Under the pieces are notes generated by a model. The model saw only the letters and a list, made by a program, of their open reading frames with translations, made no database searches and was not told the DNA's origin. 64,000 bases of DNA from Octopus vulgaris (lineage: Eukaryota), in the NCBI GenBank assembly GCA_951406725.2, contig OX597823.1, positions 49,228,001-49,292,000 of the forward strand. The letters are read 5' to 3'. Made by a program: the position numbers and the translations under genes. Shown here piece after piece: positions 52,752 to 64,000 of the stretch; the stretch's first letter is position 1, and every line of letters begins with the position of its first letter.

Positions 52752-53107
52752 AAATAACAGCAGATGGATAATGGTTCATTCACTACAGTTGTTTCCAACA
52801 AACTATTTAATTGATGAACAGAGATGTTACATCAGGAAACAAAATAATGTTTTCATCAGATGAAATTACACATTTAAAACATTCCAACATACCAAAAGTC
52901 GACAGTTTGTGCCACTTCAGGATTTGTCAGGGAATCATGAAGTGGCACAAACTGGTGACTTTTGGAATGTTTTAAATGTGTAATTCGGGTATATTGACCT
53001 GGTGAAATGATTATATTTTTTTCATGAGATGTAATATCCTTGTTCATCACTTAGAAAATTCATTGGAAACAGCTGTAGAGAATGAACCATTATTCATCTA
53101 TTATTTT
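52752..53107. repeat. About 350-bp imperfect palindrome (fold-back element)
   Basis: AGATGGATAATGGTTCATTC...GTTTGTGCCACTTCAGGATT / AATCATGAAGTGGCACAAAC...GAATGAACCATTATTCATCT; centre about 52928. Confidence 0.85.
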
Positions 53108-53444
53108 TTAAATTATTCACTTTAACCAGAATTTCCTATGCGATCGGATCCAGAGTCTATTAAGTGCAGTACAATTGGTGCAGTGTGTTCCTAAATACAG
53201 CCTTGAAACTCATAGCATACTCAGTTGGGTACAGTTAATCATAGATACAACTGAAATAATAATTTATCGATACTTCAGTATGTAGCTATTTGTGTCAATG
53301 ATTTCATAATATACATGATTCCCTTTATATAACTTGACCTCGTGCTTTACCTTTTAAGTCTCAGCTCACAATATATAAACAGGGAAGCAGCAGACAGCCG
53401 TTGGTCTCATTACCATCTAGTATTATTAATCTCTCTCTCTCTCT

Positions 53445-53765
53445 TTCTTTTACTCTTTTACTTGTTTCAGTCACTTGACTGCGGCCATGCTGGAGCACCG
53501 CCTTTAGTCGAGCACATTGACCCAGGACTTATTCTTTGTAAGCCTAGTACTTATTCTATCAGTCTTGTTTGCCGAACTGCTAAGTTATGAGGATGTAAAC
53601 ACACCAGCATCGGTTTTCAAGTGATGTTGGGGTGACAAACACAGACACACAAACATATACATATATACGACGGGCTTCTTTCAGTTTCCATCTACCAAAT
53701 TCACTCACAAGGCTTTGGTCAGCCTGAGGCTATAGTAGAAGACACTTGCCCAAGGTACCACACAG
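53445..53765 (-). mobile_element. Young SINE family A, 5' head lost at the LINE junction
   Basis: Near-consensus 3' two-thirds; stops at CAAGGTACCACACAG. Confidence 0.88.
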
Positions 53766-53835
53766 GTACCTCCCTCCTCTACGTATTGACTCTCGAGCTA
53801 TTACTGCGGAAGTTGGAGGCTTTGAGGGCTGTCCT

Positions 53836-55261
53836 GCCTCCAACTTCCGCAGTAATAGCTCGAGAGTCAATACGTAGAGGAGGGAGGAAAGAGGGCATCC
53901 TTGGCGGACCAAATGTGACATGTTTGATGGCTCCAAAAGGTGACAGTTCACCTGTATGACTGAGCAGATGCTGCTGTACAAAGCAGCGATCCACCCACTG
54001 AAGACCGGACTGAAACTAGCTGCCCGGAGAACAGCTGCCAGGTATTGATGGTCAATCCTATCGAAGACTTTAGACTGATCTAAAGTGATCAAAGCCCCAC
54101 CTGCGCCAGCTTCGTTACCTACCTGCACCTTGCCAATCAGCTTGTCCATGACAAGCACCAACCTTGGCCAAAATCTTCAACTCTGCATTGAGCAGAGCGA
54201 TTGGCCTAAAGTTCCCTATCATGTCCCCCTTGTTTGGATCCTTTCTCAGCAGTGCCATCCCTCCTCAACAAACAAAAGCAGGAATTTGCCTGTTTTGTTG
54301 CCAGTTGCAGTAGACATTCGCCAAGAGGCCCACAAACAAGTCTGGCATTGAAGTGTAAAGCTCGTAGGCAGACCATCCAAACCTGGCGATCTACCTCTTG
54401 TGCAGCTTTTCATCACTTCCTCTACTTCCCAGGCAGATATCGGTCTTTTGCAGCACTCCACCTCATTGGCTGAAAGTTGCAGCAGGCCGTCCAGGTACAC
54501 ACCGAGGTCTGTCCTGTTGTCCATCCCACTGCTCGTCTCGAACAGTTGAGCAAAGTGCTGCTGAAAGACTGCACACATTTTCTTCAGTTTGGAAACCTCA
54601 CACCCATTTTGGTCCACCAAAGACCGAATGGTTGCTCTGTTGCTGTGCTTTGCCTCTGCCACGCAGGCCCATCAAGCAGCCTTAGCCCCCTCCCCACTTA
54701 CAGAACGTGCCTTAGTTGATACCTGTTTGACAGCTGAAAGTATCTGAGTAGGTTATCGAGGCTCTTGCACACCCCTCTCCTATCAAATGTTCCCATGCCC
54801 ACCCAATCAAAACGTTCGTCTAAGACAGCATTCCAATCCCAAACTAGCACTAAAGTGCAGGACATGCCTAAGAAAACCTCCAGGCACTTGAAATAATCCG
54901 AGTGCCCTGCTCCTGTCAGAGCGTAGGCAGCCAGCAGTCTGAAGGCACCACCGTCACTACTGTCCACGTCCAGGACTACCAAATTAATCTCTGGATCCAG
55001 GAAGACAGTCTTTATTTTCAAATCCAGGCTTTTCCGAAATAACATGGCAGTACCACCACCACCTACACCCAGCTGATACAAAGATAGAAAAATCTCATAT
55101 CTGCTGAAAAGGGCTGTGAGTTCCCATGGGTTGGAGAGCCTGATTTCACTAATGGCTGCTACATCCACACTGTAAGATCTCAGGTCGTTTAACAGGTGAC
55201 CTCTTTTTTTTTTCCAAGGCGACCTGAGGCCTTTCACATTTATACTACCAATTCTGAGCAC
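53836..55261 (-). pseudogene. LINE ORF2 remnant: APE endonuclease plus RT (frameshifted)
   Basis: IGSINVKGL..VAAISEIRL..WDWNAVLD (APE); RSPGLDGLP; LITLDQSKVFDRIDHQYL; VRQGCPLSSLLYVL (RT); APE C-terminus missing near 54710. Confidence 0.92.
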
Positions 55262-55305
55262 GACTATCTTTCAAAAAAAAAAGTATTTATACAGGAGAAA
55301 AAGCT

Positions 55306-56840
55306 CTACTTACAGCTATTGTCTGGTGGGGTGGCTCTCTTATGCTTCTGTATGGGTTTTTCCACCAGATTTCTAAAACATTTTTTGGAGAAACTTCTCC
55401 CTAGCAACCCAACATCGTCTGGAAATTTGTTTTTTATTTTGTTATAGTTGTCGTTTGAAATTATGTGTGAATATTTGTGCTGGTAGTGTGTTGTGAGTGG
55501 GTATGACAAAATAGGAAATTTTCGTGTCTGTATTGTTTTTCAATTATGTCACTAGCTGTTCATTTTTCATGTTTATTGCTGTAACGTTGGTATTGGTGGT
55601 GGTTGTGGTGTCTGTATGTGTTGGTGTGTGCAGTGGTAGTAGTGGAGAAGATGTTGCTAATTGTTGTGAGTGCATGTTGTTGTTGTTGGGAAGCTCTTTC
55701 TTGCGCCTCCCCAGTTTGTCAGTTGTTTCTTTATACTTCTTTTTTCTTTACTTTGGCGGTGGCACTGTGTGCCACTCCCCTTTCTCACTATCAGTACTTG
55801 TACTATACGAGCTGATTTGGTCAGGAAAGGGGATGTCTTTAGGGTCTGTTTTCAGTATTGTTTTGAAATGTAGTTTTATAGAATGTTATTGTTGGTGTTG
55901 TAATCTCTGTTGAAATTGGTGTTGTTGTTGGTGGTGGTGGTGATGGTATCATTGTCTTCTTTGGTGTCATTGTTCTTGGTGTTGGTGTTGGTGTTGGTCT
56001 GGTGATGGTTGGAGGTGATGTCACTTTTGGTGGTGGTGGTGGTGGTGGTGGTGGTGGTGGTGGTGGTGGTGATGGTGTTGGTGGTACGAAAGCTTTTGGC
56101 TTTTGCTTCTGCTGCATCTCCTCTTGCTGTTGTTGCTGCTGCTGCTGCAACTTCTTTTTCTTCTCCTCCACCGTTCTTTCCTTGTAAATGGGACAATCTA
56201 CTTTTAAATGTTTTTCACTACTGCAGAGGTAGCACTTTGGTCTTCACCCCTCTACAGCAATGTGCAGTCTTGTGCTGTCCAGCAAATTTATAGAGTCAAG
56301 TATGGAATCTATGATTTGTTGGTTGATCTGAGTGAGAAGCTGCATTCCCATACCCAAACAATTTTGGCTGTGCAACTTATGCACTTCCAAAATAGTGGCA
56401 GTGTCTTCTATGTCGTAGAGGACAGCTGCCACTAGCTGGCATATATTAAGTTCAGGTGGCACTTGGTCAATTTTTATTTTTGTTACACACCGACCAAGGT
56501 ATGTTGGCACAAGTAGCAAATCTTCAGTTTTCAGGGTTGTCGTTGAATGCTGCCGTGCATCCTCTTCAGTTGGGAAGCAGACTTCTGCTGTTCCAAACCA
56601 CTTCCCTTTGGTCACGAAAGATTTTTTGCCCCATATGGGCTTCAGAGCTATCTCCAACTGCTGTGGAGATGCACTTGCCATCTTTTTGGGTTTTATGTTG
56701 AAATTTTTATAAATTATTGTTTTTCTGTTTGTTTCTTGCATTAGTGTCTGTGGAGTGTTAATGGAGACATTGTTTCCATCCTTCCTTATCAACTCCTTTG
56801 CGGTTTTAATTTCATCCATTGTAACATTGATTTCCTCCAA
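55306..56840 (-). pseudogene. LINE ORF1 remnant (gag-like, CCHC zinc knuckle, polyQ/polyP tract)
   Basis: Reading through TGA at 56244-56246 gives RPKCYLCSSEKHLKVDCP (C-x2-C-x4-H-x4-C, 56193-56234), in frame with ORF 55839-56171. Confidence 0.8.
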
Positions 56841-57329
56841 GCTTTGCTTTGCTGCAGTGTAGGAGCAATAGTGGTGGTAAGAGCAGGGAAATGTACATTT
56901 GAAAGGCGATCAAAAGAACAGCCTTCATTTACTTCAGTAGCACTGCATGAGGTGGAATGCTGTTCAACTTTAATCTTCTTTGCCTTCTAAGGTGCGAATT
57001 AGGTGGAGTGTATTGACATTTGATGTCTGACTCGTTTTGTCATCTGTTTGTAGAGGATCTGGTGCACAAAGAAGGGAACAGCTTACTGTTCTCTTCAAAG
57101 ACATTTTGGCAAAATTTCAAAGTTTCAAACGAAAATTTCACCCCTAAAAGGGGAAACTTTCACCTAACCAACAAGCTCCACAAGAACCTAGTTGGTTTGG
57201 CTACACAAATATACAAAAATATCAATGGGTTTAACAAATTTTCCAATAAAATTGGCCAACAACTTACGGAGCTTCTGGAGACACATCGGTCCACTTTTAA
57301 AACAACTACAATAATAATAATAATAATAT

Positions 57330-57862
57330 GGAATAACAACAGAAAAAATATGATATAAGCACATGCCAGGAAAGGTCATAGAAAATGGGAAAGCAACCAT
57401 ACTATGGGATATGCCAATACATACATGTAGAGAAATTAAGGTCAATATAGGCTGGATATAGTTGTCAGAGATCAATAAAAAAAAAATTTTTCTAATCGAT
57501 GTATCAATACCAATAGATGACAATGTTTCTCAAAAAGAAATGGAGAAACTTTCAAAATATAAAGATCTGGAAATAGAGGTAACTCGAATGTGGAGTCTAA
57601 AAACTGAAACAATTCCTATCATAGTAGGCACATTAGGTATGATAAAAAAAATATTCAGACAAATGCATAACAAAAATACCAGGACTAACAAGTATATGTA
57701 ACATACAGAAAATAGCACTACCAGGTACTGCACACATCTTACATAAAACACTTTCAATACAGTAAAAATAAGAGCATCACAACAAACCACAGCACATACC
57801 CAAGGCACATAGAGCTGCACTCAGTAGTGCAGTGAAAGCATGTGATAAAAATAAGACTACTG
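57330..57862 (+). mobile_element. 5'-truncated R4/Dong-like LINE (restriction-like endonuclease end) between (TAA)n tracts
   Basis: ATILWDMPIHT..RLDIVV..LIDVSIP..KEMEKLSKYKDLEIEVTRMW..IPIIVGTLG..IQKIALPGTAHIL; flanked by (AAT)n at 57310-57328 and 57863-57888. Confidence 0.85.
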
Positions 57863-58129
57863 AATAATAATAAAAATAATTATAATAAGGTTGTTTGCCT
57901 TTTTGACATGGCCAGAATAATCAGGAAAGTTGAAAAGAACAGATAGCATGGTGCTGTAAGCTGCAGGTAGCAAACCCGATACACATGCAAGTCTTCAGGA
58001 GTTTCAACAAAACCTGAGTTGAAAAGAATAATAATAATAGTGGTTCTAACTGGAGTAACCACCATGTATCTACTCTACAGAAAGACACCTATATATGTCT
58101 CCTCTATAGTTTAAAATTCTCAACTGGCA

Positions 58130-58457
58130 CAAAGCCATACCTTCTCAATATTGCTGCCCCACCTTCCAGTTGGGTGGTTGTTGTCTTGCAAGGTAACTGG
58201 TGACCCTGTTGGTGCTGGTGCCACATAAAAAGCACTGGCACTGGTTTCACATAAAAAAGGACTGGAGATGGGGCCACATAAAAAGCACCCAGTACCCTCT
58301 GTAAAGTGGTTGGCATTAGGGAGGACATCCAGCTGTAAAAACCAAGCCAAAACAGACGATGGGACTTGGTATGGCTCCTGCCTTTGCCAGCTCCTGTCAA
58401 ACTGTCCAGCCTGTGCCGAGATGGAAAACAGATGTTAAATGATGGTGATTATGATGA
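58130..58457 (+). mobile_element. family C (RTE 3' end) with three ~25-bp CACATAAAAA units
   Basis: GTGGTTGGCATTAGG..CATCCAGCTGTAAAA...GATGTTAAATGATG. Confidence 0.78.
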
Positions 58458-58518
58458 CAATTAGAAAATTACTATTTTTAAAATCTCACAACGTGAGATA
58501 TTCAGCGACAGTGCTTTG

Positions 58519-58769
58519 TAGTAAAGATTGTTTGCCAACATAACATGGCAGTCCTGGTTTAGGGCTAATGTTGCTGTAATTTTAGCCCCAGGGGACTTTG
58601 TCTCTAGCTGGCTATACAACACAGATCATGTCATATAGGACACAGATCGTATAAGGACACAGATTGTGTCATATAGCCAGCTGGAGACAATGTCTCTTGG
58701 GGCTAAAATTACAGCAACATTAGTCCTAAACCAGCACTGCCATGTTATGTTGGCAAACAATCTTTACTA
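58519..58769. repeat. About 250-bp palindrome (~105-bp arms)
   Basis: TAGTAAAGATTGTTTGCCAACATAACATGGCAGT... / ...ACTGCCATGTTATGTTGGCAAACAATCTTTACTA; centre has three ACACAGAT repeats. Confidence 0.92.
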
Positions 58770-58786
58770 TGATGATGATGATGATG

Positions 58787-58977
58787 ATCATCATCATCAT
58801 CGTTTAACGCCCGTTCTCCATGCTAGCATGGGTTGGACGGTTCGACCGGGGATCTGGGAAGCCAGAAGGCTGCACCAGACTCCAGTCTTATCTAGCAATG
58901 TTTCTACAGCTGGATGCCCTTCCTAACGCCAACCACTCCATGAGTATAGTGGGTGCTTTTTACATGCCACCTGCACG
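58787..58977 (-). mobile_element. family C (RTE 3' end)
   Basis: (CAT)n CGTTTAACG..CATGCTAGCATGGGTTGGACGG...GCCCTTCCTAACGCC. Confidence 0.85.
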
Positions 58978-59189
58978 ATGTTTTAAATTTTGGCACAAGA
59001 CCAGCTATTTTAGAGGGAAGGGGTAAGTTGATTACTTCAACCCCAGTGTTCAGCTGGTATCTATTTCATTGGCTCTCAAAGGATTTTAATAACACTCATT
59101 CATATATTGTGTAACATCTCTCACTACCTCTCTTTCATGTTTATAGTTCTCTCACAATGCATTCTAGCATGGAAAATGTGGGTTTAAAG

Positions 59190-59195
59190 ATGAGG

Positions 59196-59227
<32 letters not shown>

Positions 59228-59536
59228 GTGATGACAATGGTGGTGGTGGTGGTAATGGCAACAACGACAATGATGACAATGAGCAGGGGAAGATGGGAAG
59301 AGGAGGAGGATTACAATGACGATAATAATGATGATGATGGTGGTGGTGGTGGTGGCAACAATGAATATGATGACAACGAGCAGGGGAAGACGGGAAGAGG
59401 AGGAGGAGGAGTATAACCAAGACGACGATGACGACAACAACAGCAATGATAATGACAATGATGATTATGATGATGACAATGAAAACAATGATGATGATGA
59501 TGATGATGATGATGACGATGATGATGATGATGATAA
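59190..59536. repeat. (GAT)n/(GGT)n compound tract with a duplicated GACAA.GAGCAGGGGAAGA.GGGAAGAGGAGG unit
   Basis: Units at about 59275 and 59372. Confidence 0.85.
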
Positions 59537-59859
59537 TTTTCTGATTTGGCCATTTACTGCCTGCCCTAACAGTAATATTGTTTCCTAATATTGTCACAAG
59601 GTCATTGCTGTATAGGTAAAGAATATAGTCAATTGAATTGATCTCAGTAAAGTTAGTACTAGTTTATTGATCTTAGAAGGTTGAAAGGCAAAGTCGACCA
59701 GTAAGATTAGTAAGAATTGTCGTCGTCATCATCATCATCATCATCTTAGTTATTCTGCACCAAGACATCAATATTTGTGAAGTGGAAATTTTTTTTTTAC
59801 TTTTTTTAACAGACAATTTAATGAATTTAGAGACAAGTGAAAGAAGAAAGTTAACATGT

Positions 59860-60102
59860 AGCATGGCTATGTGGTAAGAAGCTTACCTCCCAACTATATG
59901 GTTCTAGGTTCAATCCCACTGTGTGGCAGCTTTGATAAATGTCTTCTGCAATAGCCTTGGGCTGGCCAAAGCCTTATGAGCAGATGTGGTAGATGGAAAC
60001 AGAAAGAGGCCCTTTATATATATACATATATATATATATACACACACACATATATACATATATATGTGTGTGTGTGTGTGTGTATGTGTGTGTATATATG
60101 TA

Positions 60103-60134
<32 letters not shown>

Positions 60135-60135
60135 C

Positions 60136-60166
<31 letters not shown>

Positions 60167-60398
60167 TGTATGTATGTATGTATATGTATATATCTATGTG
60201 TGTGTGTCTTTGTGTCTGTGTCTGACAAAAAGTGTTGGTGCGTTTATTACCCAGTAACTTAGTGGTTCAGCAAAAGAGACAGATTCAATAAGTACTAGAT
60301 TTTAAAAAGTAATTCTTATAGTTGATTTGTTCTACTAAAACCCTTCAAGGCAGTGCCCCAGCATGGCCACACTCAACTAACAGAAACAGGTAAAAGAT
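59860..60398 (+). mobile_element. SINE family A with expanded internal microsatellite
   Basis: Head and tail match; about 190 bp of (TA)/(TG)/(TATG)n in the middle. Confidence 0.85.
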
Positions 60399-60751
60399 GT
60401 GCGTAAGTACCAATGTAAGTGCAGAGCTTTTAACAAGGAAAGGATAGGATAAAGTTCTTGGATATTCCAGACCTGAAGGAAATAGGTAACAGGGAGAGAA
60501 ATAGGATATGTTATCTCATATCAAACAATTCCATATTGGTTCTGATTGAACAAACCAGTAATAAAAAGCCTCAGCAACCATAATAATTTTATATATTCAG
60601 GCATAGTGTATTTAGAACTACTTTATAAAATTTGTCCTTCCTTTCTTTAAGCTGGTAGTGCACAATTTGAGGGAGCATTGATTGCTATGTCTACAGGCCA
60701 AGTGACTTCATAGAAGTCCTTTCATCAACTTGTACAGCAAATAGACACACA

Positions 60752-60825
<74 letters not shown>

Positions 60826-60977
60826 CACATGCATCTATTTACTTTCTTGCCTTACTGCCTACATTTATACCTAGCTATTGAGCTATCTAACAATCTATCT
60901 GTCTGTCTACCTGTCTCTCTCTCTCTCTATCGTCTCTCTGTCTGTTTGTCTCCCCACTCTCTCTCGCTCTATCCCCC

Positions 60978-61038
<61 letters not shown>

Positions 61039-61623
61039 TAAACACACACATCAATTTATTTACATGCCTGCCTATCTATCTCCCTACCTATCTACCATTT
61101 CTATCTGTATGTCTATCCATCCACCTCTCTCTCTTCCTCTCCCTCTCCCTCTCTTCCTCTCCCTCTCCCTCTCTTCCTCTCCCTCTCCCTCTCTCCCTCT
61201 TCCTCTCTCTCTCCCTCTCTCTCTCCTCCTCTCTCTCTCTCCCTCTCTTTCTCTCTCTCTCTTGGAAAGGAAACAACAAAGTTAAAAATAAATGAACTAC
61301 TCCATCAAAGTTAGTGATTTCAATAAAACTAATAATGCGGAGAAGATGTAAAACATGTCCAGGCTAGACTGCTGATATTTCAAGTTTCCCTGGTGTTTTT
61401 TCACACCATCTCTAGGTCAGTGTAGTTGATAGACTAGTATGTACTGAAGACTAATAGCAGTCTAAACACCATGCAGGAAGCAGTGAGCTTCTTACATCAC
61501 TGACACTGTTGTTGATTAGCCCCAGAACAAACTCAGTAGAGCAGTTCTATAATCGAAGGCACTTTAGTTGTGACCATCCTGTCTTTTTTTATTTCTAAGA
61601 GATATGTAGGACTACTACATTGT

Positions 61624-61851
61624 TTAACCCTTTTGTTACCAACCCAGCTGAAACTGGCTCTAGCTCTGAGTACAAATGTTTTGTTTTCATAAGTTTTGAA
61701 TTAAAATCTTCCACCAAACCTTAGTTACAATTTATGTTTCTAACACAAGCTGAATGATAGCTAAGTTGTTTAACTAAATTCTTTGTTATATTTAAAGTAA
61801 TTGAAAGAGACACAGAGCATCTCAAAATAAATATGGTAATGAAAGGTTTAA
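61624..61851. mobile_element. piggyBac-like MITE (second family)
   Basis: TTAACCCTTTTGTTACCA ... TGGTAATGAAAGGTTTAA. Confidence 0.75.
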
Positions 61852-61919
61852 TGTGCCCTTTCCTCATATAAGATAGTAGAATGTGGTTTGAGAGGAATTT
61901 GGATGCTTTCCTTTTGCAG

Positions 61920-62141
61920 GTTGACCAGTACCACCTGACTGGCCCTCGTGCCGGTGGCCCGTAAAAGTATCCACTACACTCTCGGAGTGGTTGGCATTAA
62001 GAAGGGCATCCAGCTGTAGAAACTCTGCCAAATCAAGACTGGAGCCTGGTGCAGCCATCTGGTTCACCAGTCCTCTGTCAAATCGTCCAACCCATGCTAG
62101 CATGAAAAGTGGACGTTAAATGATGATGATGATGATGATGA
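61920..62141 (+). mobile_element. family C (RTE 3' end), young
   Basis: GTGCCGGTGGCCCGTAAAAG..GAAGGGCATCCAGCTGTAGAAAC..GGACGTTAAATGATGATG. Confidence 0.85.
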
Positions 62142-62224
62142 ATAATCTTGTAGAAGATGCCTCATTGATTCCTGTTACCCTGTCATAGTTCTATGGTTAA
62201 ACAAATACTGAAATGTAAAGCTTG

Positions 62225-62545
62225 CATGTAAGTTGGTGCCATGTGGTAAGCACTTGTGCTGGTTTTGCATTATAAACAATCATGCCAGCACCACATAAAA
62301 GCACACCCGTGCTGGTAGCACATAAAAAGCACCCAGCACACTCTCTAAAGTGGTTGGCATTAGGAAGCGCATCCAGCTGTAGAAACCATACCAAAGCAGA
62401 TGATTGGAGTTTGATGCAGCCCTCCGGTTGGCCAACTCTTGACAAACAATCCAACCTGCCAGCATGGAAAACGGACATTAAATGGTGGTGGTGGTGGCGA
62501 CGGCAGCGGTGGTGGTGGTGGTGGCAGCAGTGGTGATGATAATGA
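62225..62545 (+). mobile_element. family C (RTE 3' end)
   Basis: Repeated CACATAAAA(A)GCAC, GTGGTTGGCATTAGGAAG, GGACATTAAATGGTGG. Confidence 0.8.
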
Positions 62546-63219
62546 TTTATAAATTGTATCAAAATTCAGAATGGATTTTCATTCAGAACTAGTAAAGAGA
62601 AATCCAGATTTTCGATAGAGTGCTCGTTAGATCAACACGAAGTGAATTAACTAAGAGATTGTAGGTTAAGATAAGTAGAATATGTTGTGAAGTCAGACTA
62701 GACCAGAGCTACATGGCAAGACCTGACCATAAATCAGGTCAAGGAAAAGTCTGTTGCTGAAGGGAAATATATCATGTGAAGGGAAATATGAGAAATTGGG
62801 AAATAATCATTATGGGTTTTCATCCCCTTTTCCAAGTTGGCTTAGTTTAGGTGAGTTTTTCTGAAGTAGTGTTGTCTTTTCCCTGAAAAGCTCAATGAAA
62901 AGAAATATATGTCATCAGCTTGATATAGGTAAGTGGATCCAATCTAAGGATGCTGAGCTAATGGTACTGGATTTAACAAAAAGCATCTACGGACAAGGAG
63001 AATTGTGAGAACTATTTTTCTCTAGGAATCACAGCAAGAGAGAAAAAGGGAGGGAGAGAGAGAAAAAGAGAGGGAAACTACTAGGCAATGATATAAAGGA
63101 AATTAAATGTGGTCATCATTGGTGTGTTATTAATAGACTTTTTCCTATTTTCTTTCCTTAGGTTAATCATAACCTTATTTAGTACACGAACATTTAAGGT
63201 CCATGTTACTAAATTAAGA

Positions 63220-63244
63220 GATCATCATCATCATCATAATCACT

Positions 63245-63287
<43 letters not shown>

Positions 63288-63456
63288 CCACCACCACCAC
63301 CACCACCACCACCACCACCACCACCACCATCAACACCATCACCACTAACACCACCACCACTAACACTACCACCACCACCATCATCACCATGATAGCAGCA
63401 GCAGCTGTAGCAGTAGTAGTAGTTGCAGCAGCAGCATTAGCAGTAGTAGTAGTAGT

Positions 63457-63524
<68 letters not shown>

Positions 63525-63535
63525 CAGCAGCAGCT

Positions 63536-63615
<80 letters not shown>
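63220..63615. repeat. Compound triplet microsatellite (CAT)n(CAC)n(AGC)n(AGT)n
   Basis: Directly visible. Confidence 0.95.
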
Positions 63616-64000
63616 TTTATATGCACACACATACCTGTATGTGCGTAAATATTTATGTTTATTTCCTTAGTGATATTCCTGTATAGGTTCTCATTAATGG
63701 TTGTTTTAGATGATGTTGCAAAGAAATTTCAGGAAAAAAATTTTTTCCTTGAAATTAGTCCTAGAATTAGGCCTATCATTACAAGGTTATAAATAATCTA
63801 TCCATTACTTTAACTGTGCGCCATGGTGAAGAGAGAACTTATCACTTGAATATTTTGTCATGTATGGCTATTTCAGCTGATGAAAATTCACTGATGTCTT
63901 CGTTCAATGTAAAAAAAAAAATCTTTGTTCTTTACATTACTGACAGCTTCAGAGACATGGATAATGTTGTTAATATGAATTTTCAATTGTTTTCAATTGT

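Larger units (their letters stand above)
53769..57296 (-). mobile_element. L1/Tx1-clade LINE, 3'-truncated inside RT, with an internal ORF2 deletion
   Basis: 5' UTR, ORF1 with CCHC knuckle, short spacer, then APE and RT motifs in order; 5' boundary approximate. Confidence 0.88.

Overview
Very AT-rich, microsatellite-dense animal genomic DNA. The repeat complement suggests an octopod cephalopod (Octopus-like), which is an inference from recalled repeat families. No intact host protein-coding gene is recognisable, so this is probably intergenic or a large intron, and almost all ORFs in the track are microsatellite read-throughs. The window is a layered transposon graveyard. It holds at least four tRNA-headed SINE families (labelled A, B, D, E here), some with interchangeable tails. 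It also holds RTE-clade LINE fragments whose 3' UTR (family C) is dispersed about 10 times, and a decayed L1/Tx1-clade LINE (gag-like ORF1 with a CCHC knuckle, APE and RT) ending in a perfect 52-bp fold-back. Further elements are two R4/Dong-like restriction-endonuclease LINE ends, two mariner relics, hAT/piggyBac/Tigger-type MITEs and decayed Penelope-like (PLE) ORFs. The most interesting signal is a set of small non-coding elements with partial inverted terminal repeats. Three of them carry type I hammerhead ribozyme folds (16146-16191, 17531-17579, 25992-26076). One fuses a tRNA-like Pol III head to a hammerhead and is bounded by a 16-bp TSD, which suggests a PLE-dependent retrozyme/SINE-like system. 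Repeat boundaries are approximate unless TSDs or TIRs are quoted.
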